In this document: positions 12,866-24,371 of the stretch, in pieces
Numbering within the stretch: position 1 is the stretch's first letter
Layout of the letters: each line of letters begins with the position of its first letter
Notes under the pieces: model-generated
The model's input: the letters and a program-made list of their open reading frames with translations, nothing else
What the model was told of the DNA's origin: nothing
Databases searched by the model: none
NCBI GenBank assembly: GCA_965279525.1
Contig: CBDIIB010000004.1
Coordinates: forward strand, 832,001 to 896,000
Reading direction: 5' to 3'
Source of the DNA: Tagaea sp.
Lineage (GTDB): Bacteria > Pseudomonadota > Alphaproteobacteria > CACIAM-22H2
Length of the DNA: 64,000 nt
Position numbers and translations under genes: made by a program

Positions 12866-14524
12866 TCAGCCCCGGAACCCGTTCGTGATCGGATAGCGCC
12901 GCTCGCGGCCGAAGGAGCGGCTGGTGATCTTGACGCCCGGCGGCGCCTGCCGGCGCTTGTACTCCGACAGGTCGAGCATGCGCCAGATGCGGCGCACGTC
13001 CGCTTCGGCAAAGCCCTTCGCGACGATCTCCTCGACCGTGCGCTCGTGCTCGACCAGTTCGCGCAGGATCGCGTCGAGCTGCACATAGGGGCCGAGCGAA
13101 GCCTCGTCGGTCTGGCCCTCGCGCAGTTCGGCCGTCGGCGGCTTGGTGATGACGCGTTCGGGCATCACCGGCCGGCGCGGATCGAGCGAACCCGCCGGCA
13201 CGTGCTCGTTGCGCCAGCGGCAGAGCTCGAACACCGTCGTCTTCCAGACATCCTTCAGCACGGCGAAGCCGCCGCACATGTCGCCATAGAGCGTGGCGTA
13301 GCCCGCACTCATCTCGCTCTTGTTGCCCGTCGACACGACCATGTGGCCGAACTTGTTCGACAGCGCCATCAGCGTGAGACCGCGGCAGCGCGACTGGATG
13401 TTCTCTTCCGTGATGTCCGCTTTGGCACCCGAGAACTGCGGGGCCAGCATCGCGCCGAACGCGGCGACTGCCGGCTCGATGCCGATCTCGTCGAGCCGGA
13501 TGCCCAGCAGATGCGCGCATTCGGCTGCGTCGTCGAGGCTGTCGCGGCTGGTGAAGCGCGAGGGCATCATCACCGCATGCACGCGCGCCGGACCGAGCGC
13601 GTCGGCCGCCAGTGCCGCCGTCAGGGCCGAATCGATGCCGCCGGACAGGCCGAGGATCACCCCCTTGAACCTGTTCTTGTCGACATAGTCGCGCAAGCCC
13701 AGCATCAGCGCCGAATAGATCTCGGCTAGCGGCTCCAGCGGGGCCGCCACGCGGCCCTTGGTGCAGGCAAGCGCACCCTTCGCATCGCGCGTCCAGACCG
13801 AGACCGCCATGTCGTTGGCGAACGCGTCGAGTTGGACGGCCAGCGACCGGTCGACATTGAGCGCGAAGGAAGATCCGTCGAACACGAGTTCGTCCTGCCC
13901 GCCGACCTGGTTCACGTAGACAAGCGGCAGTCCGGTTTCGGCAATGCGCGCGAGGGCCAGCTGCACGCGCCGGTCGCGCTTGTCGGTCTCGAACGGGCTG
14001 CCGTTGGGCACGACGAGGATCTCGGCCCCGCTTTCGACGAGGCACTCGGCCACGTCCGCGAACCACATGTCCTCGCAGATCATCAACCCCAGCCGCACGC
14101 CGCGGAAGGCGACCGGCCCCGGCAGCGGGCCGGGCACGAACACGCGCTTCTCGTCGAACACGCCGTAGTTCGGCAGGTGGTGCTTGAAGCGGACGGTCTG
14201 GATCTTTCCGCCGTCGAGCACGCAGGCGGCGTTGTAGAGCAGGCCGGCTTCGATCCACGGCGTGCCGACGATGAGACCCGGTCCGCCGTCGGCGGTGTCG
14301 GCGGCAAGCGCTTCGACCGCCGCGCGGCATGCGGCCTGGAAGGCGGGCTTCAGGACCAGATCTTCCGGCGGATAGCCCGAGACGACGAGCTCGGGCAGAA
14401 GGACGAGTCCGGCTCCTGCCGCGGCGGCCTGCGCGCGCGCGGCCCGGATCTTGGCCAGATTGCCGGCGATGTCGCCGACGGTCGGATCGATCTGGGCGAG
14501 TGCGAGGGCGAGCGCCGTCGTCAA
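12866..14524 (-). CDS. nadE: Glutamine-dependent NAD+ synthetase
   Basis: Nitrilase-type domain (PEL, K, ICEDMW) plus synthetase domain ([21 protein letters not shown]); TTG start overlapping the upstream stop. Confidence 0.96.
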   Translation of the reverse strand: MTTALALALAQIDPTVGDIAGNLAKIRAARAQAAAAGAGLVLLPELVVSGYPPEDLVLKPAFQAACRAAVEALAADTADGGPGLIVGTPWIEAGLLYNAACVLDGGKIQTVRFKHHLPNYGVFDEKRVFVPGPLPGPVAFRGVRLGLMICEDMWFADVAECLVESGAEILVVPNGSPFETDKRDRRVQLALARIAETGLPLVYVNQVGGQDELVFDGSSFALNVDRSLAVQLDAFANDMAVSVWTRDAKGALACTKGRVAAPLEPLAEIYSALMLGLRDYVDKNRFKGVILGLSGGIDSALTAALAADALGPARVHAVMMPSRFTSRDSLDDAAECAHLLGIRLDEIGIEPAVAAFGAMLAPQFSGAKADITEENIQSRCRGLTLMALSNKFGHMVVSTGNKSEMSAGYATLYGDMCGGFAVLKDVWKTTVFELCRWRNEHVPAGSLDPRRPVMPERVITKPPTAELREGQTDEASLGPYVQLDAILRELVEHERTVEEIVAKGFAEADVRRIWRMLDLSEYKRRQAPPGVKITSRSFGRERRYPITNGFRG

Positions 14525-15042
14525 TGCTTTTCCCCGCCGTCGTTCTTATGCCCGACCATCTTGTCGAGATAGGCGAGCATCAGCGCCGACGCGATGAACG
14601 TGACGTGGATCGCGATCAGCATCACGAGCTTGTCGTTGGGGATCTCGTTGACGTCGAGGAACGCCTTTAGGAGATGGATCGACGAAATCGCGACGATCGA
14701 CGAGGCGAGCTTGATCTTGAGCGAGCCCGCGTCGAGCTTGCCGAACCAGGAGAGCTTGTCCTCCGCCTCGCCGAGATCGAGGCGGCTGACGAAATTCTCG
14801 TAGCCGGAGATCACGACCATGACGATCAGGTTCGCGACCATGACCACGTCGACGAGCGTCAGCACCGCGAGCACGACCTTGGACTCGCCCATCGACCAGA
14901 TGTCCGTCGACAGATGGACGAGTTCGAGAATGAACTTGACCGACAGCATCACCAGCACGGCGACCAGCCCCAGATAAAGCGGCACCTGGAACCAGCGGCT
15001 CGAGAAAATCACCTTTTCGATTGCACGTTCGACCGGATTCAT
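14521..15042 (-). CDS. YqhA / UPF0114 family membrane protein
   Basis: SRW, ISGYENFVS, LKIKLASSIVAISSIHLL; several TM segments. Confidence 0.88.
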   Translation of the reverse strand: MNPVERAIEKVIFSSRWFQVPLYLGLVAVLVMLSVKFILELVHLSTDIWSMGESKVVLAVLTLVDVVMVANLIVMVVISGYENFVSRLDLGEAEDKLSWFGKLDAGSLKIKLASSIVAISSIHLLKAFLDVNEIPNDKLVMLIAIHVTFIASALMLAYLDKMVGHKNDGGEKH

Positions 15043-16121
15043 CGTTTTCCCCGCATGGATTCAAGGACTGCTTCGGCCTGTTCGACCGTTTCGGCGACGA
15101 TCTGCGCGGCCGGGCGGACCGTCGCCATGCGCGCACCCTGCCCGGCCCACATCACCATCAGATCCGTATTGCCCTGCTTGGCCGCTTCCGCGCGCAGTTG
15201 CGTGGTCAAAGCGTTGGTCACGGGATAGGCGGGCATCTCGGCCGCGTGCGGCGCCATCTCCTCGATATAGCGCGTGCGCAAGCCGCGCGCGTGCCGGCCG
15301 GAGACGGCACGCGTGACGGTCGTGCCCGTGTCTTCGATCCGGCCCAGCATTTCCTTGTGCAGCGAGTGAGTGCCGGCTTCGGGTGCCGCGAGGAACGCCG
15401 TCCCCATCGCGGCGGCCGAAGCGCCCAGCGAAAGGGCGGCCGCAAGCCCGCGCCCGTCCATGATGCCGCCGGCCGCGATGACAGGTATTTTCACGGCATC
15501 GACGATCTGCGGGACCAGCACCATCGTGCCGATCAGCGAATCGTCGAAGGACCCGATGAACGTGCCGCGATGTCCGCCGGCTTCGGCACCTTGCGCGAGA
15601 ATCGCGTCCACGCCATGGGATTCCAGCGTGCGCGCTTCGGCCACATTGGTCGCCGTGCCGATCACGAACACGCCGCGCGCCTTGAGTGCTGCGGTCTTGC
15701 GCGCCCCGATGGCGCCGAACGTGCTGCTGAACACCGGCGGCGCGAGATCGAGCACGGTCTCGAACTGCGCCTCGAAATCCTCGGACCATTTGGCCGGCGG
15801 TGCGGCGTTCGTCTCCATGCCGAGCTCGAGCCGGTACTTGGCAAGCAGCGCATTGGCGAAAGCGACTTCCGAGGGCTTGGCTTCGGCCGGTGCCAGAACG
15901 AATAGATTGACCGCGAACGGCTTTTCCGTAGCCGCCCGGATCGCGGCGACCTCGCGGCGGATCGCGGCAGGTGCGGTCGTGGCGGCGGCGAACGAGCCGA
16001 GGCCGCCGGCATTCGAGACGGCAGCGACCAGCTCGGGCGTGGTCATGCCGCCGGCCATCGGTGCCTGCACGACCGGATGGACGAGGCCAAGAAGCTGCGT
16101 CAGGCGCGTCGCCAGTGCCAT
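15039..16121 (-). CDS. Nitronate monooxygenase family flavoprotein
   Basis: QAPMAGG, VSNAGGLG, QGAEAGGHRG, AAGGIMDG, WAGQ. Confidence 0.92.
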   Translation of the reverse strand: MALATRLTQLLGLVHPVVQAPMAGGMTTPELVAAVSNAGGLGSFAAATTAPAAIRREVAAIRAATEKPFAVNLFVLAPAEAKPSEVAFANALLAKYRLELGMETNAAPPAKWSEDFEAQFETVLDLAPPVFSSTFGAIGARKTAALKARGVFVIGTATNVAEARTLESHGVDAILAQGAEAGGHRGTFIGSFDDSLIGTMVLVPQIVDAVKIPVIAAGGIMDGRGLAAALSLGASAAAMGTAFLAAPEAGTHSLHKEMLGRIEDTGTTVTRAVSGRHARGLRTRYIEEMAPHAAEMPAYPVTNALTTQLRAEAAKQGNTDLMVMWAGQGARMATVRPAAQIVAETVEQAEAVLESMRGKR

Positions 16122-16127
16122 CGTCGT

Positions 16128-17297
16128 TCAGCCCGGCTTGCGCAGCAGGAACTCGCGGCCGACCTTGACCGACGGGCGGCCGTCATATTCGACGATGTCG
16201 GCCGTGGCGTAGGTCTCGGTCCACACTTCCGGCAGGTACGAGCCCGTCCCGACCGTGTCGATCGGCGCGTTGGCGACGGCCATCGTCTTGCACTTGGCCG
16301 GCGTGAAACCGGACGACGCGACGATGCGCACCTTGGCGAAACCCGCCTGGTCGAGCGCTTCGCGCATGTGCCAGATCGCCGCGGCCGAAACGCCCGTACC
16401 CGTCAGGTAGCGCAGTTCCTGTTCGGTCCGGTATCCGCGAAGCGACAGCGGCGCATTGCGCTCCAGCACGTCGTAGGATTTGGCGAGATCGAGACCCTCG
16501 ATGTAGCGCCCGCCGTGCGTGTCGAGGCGCATGGCAAGTCGGCCGGACTGCGCCACGTCGGGAAAGCGGCGGCACACCTCGAGCGAGTCCGTCACTTCGC
16601 GGCCGAAATAATCGACCAGAACCGTGGCGTTCTCGGTCGCGAACACCTCGAGCAGCATCTCGGCGGCGCGCAGCGTCGATCCGGCATAGCCGATGAGTGC
16701 GTGCGGCATCGTGCCGTAGCCGGCCTTCTGCCCGAAATAGTGCGCGGTCGCGTCGGTGGCATTGCCGATGAACCCTTTGGCGCCAACTTCGCGGCGCGCA
16801 GCCTGCGAGCCGACCGACGCGGCGTAGGCCATCATCTCGGCCATCTCCGACCCGGCGCAGTGGCGCGCGTCCATCGCGAGGAATTCGGTGCGCGGCAGGT
16901 CGACGCACATCGTGTAGGCGTTGTAGGCCGCCACGCAGGCGGGGCCGAGCTTCTGCAGATAGAGCGTCTCGAGATCGACGAGATGGAACAGCGAACCGGA
17001 GATGTACATCAACGGATCGCCGGCACCCGTCCATTCGCCTTCCTTGTGGCGAAGGTCGATGTCGAACTTGGTGCCGCGCGCGAGTGCGATGCGCTCGAGC
17101 CATTCGACTGCCAGGCGCGGGGCCGACACGACCGGGCGGCGCATGAACACCGCATAGGTCACCCGCTTGTCGCCGAAACGGCCGACCGCCGCCTTCGTCT
17201 TGTTGAAGTAGTGGTCGGTCAGGCGCGCGACGGCGCCTTCGTCCGGGATGCGGCCGAGCTGGCTGGGTTCTGGATCGGATGCGCGTCCGTCGGCCAT
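16128..17297 (-). CDS. Nicotinate phosphoribosyltransferase family protein
   Basis: TDHYF, GTMPHA (phospho-His motif), LVDY, RLDT, ASSGF; co-operonic with nadE. Confidence 0.8.
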   Translation of the reverse strand: MADGRASDPEPSQLGRIPDEGAVARLTDHYFNKTKAAVGRFGDKRVTYAVFMRRPVVSAPRLAVEWLERIALARGTKFDIDLRHKEGEWTGAGDPLMYISGSLFHLVDLETLYLQKLGPACVAAYNAYTMCVDLPRTEFLAMDARHCAGSEMAEMMAYAASVGSQAARREVGAKGFIGNATDATAHYFGQKAGYGTMPHALIGYAGSTLRAAEMLLEVFATENATVLVDYFGREVTDSLEVCRRFPDVAQSGRLAMRLDTHGGRYIEGLDLAKSYDVLERNAPLSLRGYRTEQELRYLTGTGVSAAAIWHMREALDQAGFAKVRIVASSGFTPAKCKTMAVANAPIDTVGTGSYLPEVWTETYATADIVEYDGRPSVKVGREFLLRKPG

Positions 17298-17335
17298 TGC
17301 GGGCCCTTTCCTTGGCGCCGGCGACCGGCAGCTGC

Positions 17336-18724
17336 TCAGTCGTCGTCGCCGACGGCGCGCAGACGCGAATCATCGACGCGCTGGGCGCGCAGCTTCTCGG
17401 CGATCAGGAAGGCGAGCTCGAGCGCTTGCGTGCCGTTGAGGCGCGGGTCGCAGTGCGTGTGGTAGCGATCGCCCAGTGCGGCATCCTGGATGGCCTCGGC
17501 ACCGCCCGTGCACTCCGTCACGTTCTGGCCGGTCATCTCGAAATGCACGCCGCCGGCATAGACGTTCTCGGCCCGGCACACGTCGAAGAAGCCGCGCATC
17601 TCGGCAAGGATGCGGTCGAAGGGCCGCGTCTTGTAGCCCGACGCCGACTTGATCGTGTTGCCGTGCATGGGATCGCAGCTCCACACGACCTTGCGGCCTT
17701 CGCGCGCGACCTTGCGCACGAGAGGCGGAAGCTTGGCAGCGACCTTGTCGTCGCCCATGCGCGCGATCAGCGTCAGGCGGCCGGGCTCGTTGTCGGGGTT
17801 GAGCGCGTCGATCAGGCGGATCAGCTCGTCCGGATCGCTGGTCGGCCCGCACTTGAGGCCGATCGGATTCTTGATGCCGCGGCAGAACTCCACGTGCGCG
17901 CCGTCGAGCTGGCGCGTGCGGTCGCCGATCCACACCATGTGGGCCGAGCAGTCGTACCAGTCGCCCGACGTACTGTCGACGCGGGTCAGGCACTCCTCGT
18001 AGGGCAGCAGCAGCGCCTCATGGCTCGTGAAGAACGACGCCTCGTGGATCTGCGGCACGGCTTCGGGCGTGATGCCGCAGGCCGACATGAACTGGAGCGA
18101 GTCCGAGATGCGGTCGGCAAGCTCGCGGAACTTCTCGCCCGCCGGGCTGCGGTCGACGAAGCCGAGCGTCCAGCCATGTACGCGATGGAGATCGGCGTAG
18201 CCGCCACGCGAGAAAGCGCGCAGCAGGTTGAGCGTGGCGGCCGACTGCGAATAGACGTTCAGCATGCGCTCGGGCGACGGCGCGCGTGCGGCCGCGTCGA
18301 ACTCGATGCCGTTGATGATGTCGCCGCGATAGGTGGGCAGCGTGACGCCGCCGACCGTCTCGTCGTCGGACGAGCGCGGCTTGGCGAACTGGCCCGCCAT
18401 GCGGCCGACTTTAACGACCGGTAGCCCGCCGGCATACATCAGGACGACGGTCATCTGCAGGATGACCTTGAACGTGTCGCGGATGTTGTTGGCCGTGAAC
18501 TCGGCGAAGCTCTCGGCGCAGTCGCCACCCTGGAGGAGAACGGCCTTTCCTTCGGCAACGCGCGCGAGCTGGGCCTTGAGATCGCGCGCCTCGCCTGCAA
18601 AAACGAGCGGCGGGTAGGACGCGAGCTTCTTCTCGACCGACGCCAGCTGGGCGGCATCGGGATAAGTTGGCATCTGGCGCGCAGGACGGTTGCGCCAGCT
18701 GTCGGGCGTCCATTTGGCAGGCAT
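17336..18724 (-). CDS. Class II 3-deoxy-7-phosphoheptulonate (DAHP) synthase
   Basis: [43 protein letters not shown]; alternative TTG start at 18736. Confidence 0.96.
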   Translation of the reverse strand: MPAKWTPDSWRNRPARQMPTYPDAAQLASVEKKLASYPPLVFAGEARDLKAQLARVAEGKAVLLQGGDCAESFAEFTANNIRDTFKVILQMTVVLMYAGGLPVVKVGRMAGQFAKPRSSDDETVGGVTLPTYRGDIINGIEFDAAARAPSPERMLNVYSQSAATLNLLRAFSRGGYADLHRVHGWTLGFVDRSPAGEKFRELADRISDSLQFMSACGITPEAVPQIHEASFFTSHEALLLPYEECLTRVDSTSGDWYDCSAHMVWIGDRTRQLDGAHVEFCRGIKNPIGLKCGPTSDPDELIRLIDALNPDNEPGRLTLIARMGDDKVAAKLPPLVRKVAREGRKVVWSCDPMHGNTIKSASGYKTRPFDRILAEMRGFFDVCRAENVYAGGVHFEMTGQNVTECTGGAEAIQDAALGDRYHTHCDPRLNGTQALELAFLIAEKLRAQRVDDSRLRAVGDDD

Positions 18725-18744
18725 GTTTGTCCCCAAATTCGAGT

Positions 18745-18753
18745 TGTGGATAA
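18745..18753 (-). promoter_or_regulatory. Consensus DnaA box TTATCCACA
   Basis: TGTGGATAA on + strand, 20 nt upstream of the DAHP synthase ATG; the match is exact but function is unproven. Confidence 0.35.
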
Positions 18754-18850
18754 ACTATAGAGCCGACTTCGCATGTGCAACCGATGAGAATTCAATCGAC
18801 AAATCAGCCGGTTGACCGGCACTCTTCTGACGCACACAAGGAAGTCGGCC

Positions 18851-19660
18851 ATGTTGCAGGACCTGCTCTTCGTCGTCTCGAAACTGCTCGGTCCGCTGCT
18901 CAACCCGCAGGTCGGGCTCTATTACGCAATCGTCGTCGCAGTCGTGCTGCTGTTCACGCCGTGGGCGCGCGCCGGGCGGCGGCTCGCACTCGCGACCTTG
19001 CTGGCTGCGGGGATCCTCGGCAGCTCGCCGCTCGGCGACTGGGCGCTGCACACACTCGAGGAGCGCTTCCCACCGCCGCCCGCCCTGCCCGAGCGGGTCG
19101 ACGGCATCGTCGTGCTCGGCGGCGACGCCGACAACGCGATGCTCCGCGTGCGGCCCTACTCGCCCGGCCAAATCCCGCCGCGCCAGCTTGCGTTCGCCGA
19201 CCTCGCGCGGCGATGGCCGGACGCGAAGCTCGTCTACTCCGGCGGCTCGGGCAAGCTTGGCGTGCCGGAGGAGACGGACGCGGGCGGCGCAAAGGTGCTG
19301 CTGCCGATGCTCGGCCTCGATCCCGCGCGCGTGCTGTTCGAGGACCGATCGCGCAACACGCACGAGAACGCGGTCCTTTCGTACGCGCTCGCGATGCCGA
19401 AAGACGGCGAGACCTGGCTGCTCGTCACCTCGGCCCGCCACATGCCGCGCGCGATGGGCAGCTTCCGGCAAGCCGGATGGCGCATGATGACCGCTTTTCC
19501 GACCGGCTACGCCACGCCGCCGGCGATGGAGTACGCATGGAGCTGGCCGTCGACCTTTTCGAACGACATCGGCTGGCTGTCGATGGCAATCTCCGAGTTC
19601 GCCGGCCTCGCCTACTATTATCTGCTCGGCCGCACCGACGCGCTGTTCCCGGCACCGTAG
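18851..19660 (+). CDS. YdcF/ElyC (DUF218) family membrane protein
   Basis: N-terminal TM helices, GIVVLGG, SGG, SRNTHENA, LVTSARHMPRA. Confidence 0.9.
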   Translation: MLQDLLFVVSKLLGPLLNPQVGLYYAIVVAVVLLFTPWARAGRRLALATLLAAGILGSSPLGDWALHTLEERFPPPPALPERVDGIVVLGGDADNAMLRVRPYSPGQIPPRQLAFADLARRWPDAKLVYSGGSGKLGVPEETDAGGAKVLLPMLGLDPARVLFEDRSRNTHENAVLSYALAMPKDGETWLLVTSARHMPRAMGSFRQAGWRMMTAFPTGYATPPAMEYAWSWPSTFSNDIGWLSMAISEFAGLAYYYLLGRTDALFPAP

Positions 19661-21022
19661 CTAGCGCTTCACCTTCTCGCGCATCAGGACGAACTCTTCG
19701 GCCGCGGTGGGATGTATCGCCACCGTGCGGTCGAAGTCCTTCTTGGTGAGGCCGGCCTTCACCGCGATGGCGATCCCCTGGATGATCTCGGGCGCATCCG
19801 CGCCTACCATGTGTACGCCGCGCACGCGACCGGTCGCGGCCTCGACGACAAGCTTCATCATCGTCTTTCCCTCGCCGCCCGAGATCGTGTGCTTCATCGG
19901 CCGGAACGTCGCGCGGTAGATGTCCACACCTTCGGCACCGTAGAGGCGCTCGGCCTCGCCCTGCGACAAGCCGACCGTGCCGACGGGCGGCTGGCTGAAC
20001 ACCGCGGACGGCACGTCGCCATGATCCATCGACATCGGATTGGCGTTGAAGAGGGTTTCGGCAAGTCCCCGCCCCTCGGCGATTGCCACCGGCGTGAGGT
20101 TGAGCCGGTTGGTCACGTCGCCGATCGCGTAAATGCCGGGCACGGTCGTCTGCTGCCATTCGTCGACCGCTATCGCCCCGCGCTTGTCGAGATGCACGCC
20201 GACTTCCTCGAGACCCATGTCGCGCGTGTTGGGTACGCGGCCCGTCGCGTACATGATCTTGTCGGCCTCGAGCGTGCCGCCGCTTTCAAGCACGGCGCGG
20301 TCGCCCGACGCGGCGCGCTCGATGCGCGCGATCTTCTCGCCCGTGCGGATGGCGATGCCCTGCTTCGCCAGTTCCGCCGTCAGATGGTCGCGAATATCCT
20401 CGTCGAAGCCGCGCAGGATCTTGTCGCCGCGGATGACGAGGGTGACCTCGGAGCCTGCCGCACGGAAGATGCCCGCGAACTCGACCGCGATGAAGCCGCC
20501 GCCCACGATGACGACGCGACGCGGCAGTGAAGGCAGGTCAAGCGCCTCGTCCGACGTGATCGTGTGCTCGATGCCGGGAATTTCCGGACGTTCCGGCCGG
20601 CCACCCGACGCGATCAGGATGTACTTGGCCGTGACGGTACGCCCGCCGATCTCGACCGTGTGCGCGTCCTTCAGGCGTGCGTGGCCAAGCATGGTCTCGA
20701 CCTTGGCACCCGACAGCAGGTTCTTGTAGATGCCTTCGAGCCGATCGGTTTCGCGGTTCTTGGCTGCGACGAGCTTGCCCCAGTCCAGAGACCCTTCGAC
20801 CGACCAGCCATAGCCGCGCGCGTCTTCCATCTCGTGCGCGAAATGGGTCCCGTAGATGAGCAGCTTCTTGGGCACGCAGCCGCGCAGCACGCATGTGCCG
20901 CCGACGCGCCAGTTCTCGGCGATGGCGACCTTCGCCCCGTAACTCGCCGCCCGACGCGAACCCGCCACGCCGCCGGAGCCAGCGCCGATCGTGAACAGGT
21001 CGTAGTCGTAGCTGCCTGTCAC
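19661..21022 (-). CDS. gor: Glutathione-disulfide reductase
   Basis: GAGSGG, GGTCVLRGCVPKK redox disulfide, GGGFIAVE, HPTAAEE. Confidence 0.96.
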   Translation of the reverse strand: MTGSYDYDLFTIGAGSGGVAGSRRAASYGAKVAIAENWRVGGTCVLRGCVPKKLLIYGTHFAHEMEDARGYGWSVEGSLDWGKLVAAKNRETDRLEGIYKNLLSGAKVETMLGHARLKDAHTVEIGGRTVTAKYILIASGGRPERPEIPGIEHTITSDEALDLPSLPRRVVIVGGGFIAVEFAGIFRAAGSEVTLVIRGDKILRGFDEDIRDHLTAELAKQGIAIRTGEKIARIERAASGDRAVLESGGTLEADKIMYATGRVPNTRDMGLEEVGVHLDKRGAIAVDEWQQTTVPGIYAIGDVTNRLNLTPVAIAEGRGLAETLFNANPMSMDHGDVPSAVFSQPPVGTVGLSQGEAERLYGAEGVDIYRATFRPMKHTISGGEGKTMMKLVVEAATGRVRGVHMVGADAPEIIQGIAIAVKAGLTKKDFDRTVAIHPTAAEEFVLMREKVKR

Positions 21023-22509
21023 GAGATACCGCCCATGCAGAGGTATTTCACTTCCATGAACTCATCGAGACCGTACTTCGACCCTTCGCGCCCGATGCCG
21101 GACTCCTTGAAGCCGCCGAACGGTGCCACTTCGGTCGTGATGAGTCCGGTGTTGATCCCGACCATTCCGTATTCGAGCGCTTCGGCCACGCGCCACACGC
21201 GGCCGATGTCGCGGCCGTAGAAATAGGCCGCGAGGCCGAACTCGGTGGCGTTGGCGAGTTTGATAGCGTCTTCTTCGGTCTTGAAGCGGAACAGTGGGGC
21301 AAGCGGCCCGAATGTTTCTTCGCGCGCCACAGCCATGCGTGAATCCACGTTGGCGACGACGGTCATCTCGAAGAAATTCCCGCCGAGCGCGTGGCGCTTG
21401 CCGCCGGCGATGACCTTCGCGCCTTTAGACACGGCGTCGGCGATATGCTCCTCGATCTTCGCCACGGCCTTGCCGTCGATCAGCGGGCCGTTCGTCGCCC
21501 CGGCTTCGGTGCCGCCCGCCACCTTGAGCTTGCCGACCGCGGCCGCCAGCTTCTCGGCAAACTTATCGTAGACGGCGTCCTGCACGTAGAAGCGGTTCGC
21601 GCACACGCAGGTCTGGCCGCTGTTGCGGTATTTCGAAACGATCGCGCCCTCGACGGCGGCGTCGAGATCGGCGTCGTCGAAAACGATGAAGGGCGCGTTG
21701 CCGCCAAGCTCCAGCGACACCTTCTTCACGGTCGCGGCACTCTGCGCCATCAGCTTCTTGCCGACCTCGGTCGAGCCGGTGAAGCCGACCTTGCGCACCA
21801 GCGGATTGGACGTGATCTCGCCGCCGATCTCGCCGGCATTGCCGGTCACGACGTTGAACACGCCCTTGGGAACGCCCGCACGCTCGGCAAGCTCGGCCAG
21901 CGCCAGAGCGGAATACGGCGTCTGGCTCGCCGGCTTCAGCACGACCGTGCAACCCGCCGCGATCGCGGGACCGGCCTTGCGCGTGATCATGCTGCAAGGG
22001 AAGTTCCACGGCGTGATGGCGCCGACCACGCCGATGGGCTCCTTGATGACGACCAGGCGTTTGTCGGGGAACGTCGTCGGGATCGTGTCGCCATAGGCTC
22101 GCTTGGCTTCCTCGCCGAACCATTCGAGATAGGCGGCCCCGATCGTGATTTCGCCCTTCGCTTCGGCCAGTACCTTGCCCTGCTCGCTGGTCATCAGCAG
22201 CGCCAGGTCGTCGATATTCGCCATCATCAGGTCGGCCCACTTGCGCATGATGCCGGCGCGCTCCTTGCCGGTCTTCTTGCGCCAGCCAGCCCAGGCCCGG
22301 TTTGCCGCTTCGATGGCGCGACGCGTCTCGGCCGCACCCATCAGCGGTGCCGTGCCGATCGTCGCCCCCGTCGCCGGGTTGTCGACGGCGATGGTCTTCT
22401 TCGAATCCGCATCGACCCAGGCACCGTCCACGTAGCATTGCTGGCGGAAAAGCGAGGCGTCCTTGAGGGCAAGGCCGGTCGATCCGGCGGTGCGGGCGAG
22501 TTCAGTCAT
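21019..22509 (-). CDS. gabD: NAD(P)+-dependent succinate-semialdehyde dehydrogenase
   Basis: ITPWNFP, FTGSTEVG, LELGGNAPF, GQTCVC, EETFGP, GREGSKYG. Confidence 0.93.
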   Translation of the reverse strand: MTELARTAGSTGLALKDASLFRQQCYVDGAWVDADSKKTIAVDNPATGATIGTAPLMGAAETRRAIEAANRAWAGWRKKTGKERAGIMRKWADLMMANIDDLALLMTSEQGKVLAEAKGEITIGAAYLEWFGEEAKRAYGDTIPTTFPDKRLVVIKEPIGVVGAITPWNFPCSMITRKAGPAIAAGCTVVLKPASQTPYSALALAELAERAGVPKGVFNVVTGNAGEIGGEITSNPLVRKVGFTGSTEVGKKLMAQSAATVKKVSLELGGNAPFIVFDDADLDAAVEGAIVSKYRNSGQTCVCANRFYVQDAVYDKFAEKLAAAVGKLKVAGGTEAGATNGPLIDGKAVAKIEEHIADAVSKGAKVIAGGKRHALGGNFFEMTVVANVDSRMAVAREETFGPLAPLFRFKTEEDAIKLANATEFGLAAYFYGRDIGRVWRVAEALEYGMVGINTGLITTEVAPFGGFKESGIGREGSKYGLDEFMEVKYLCMGGIS

Positions 22510-22545
22510 CGGAATTCTCCAGTCGGACGGAAGGGAAGTGCGAGA

Positions 22546-24369
<1,824 letters not shown>

Positions 24370-24371
24370 GC

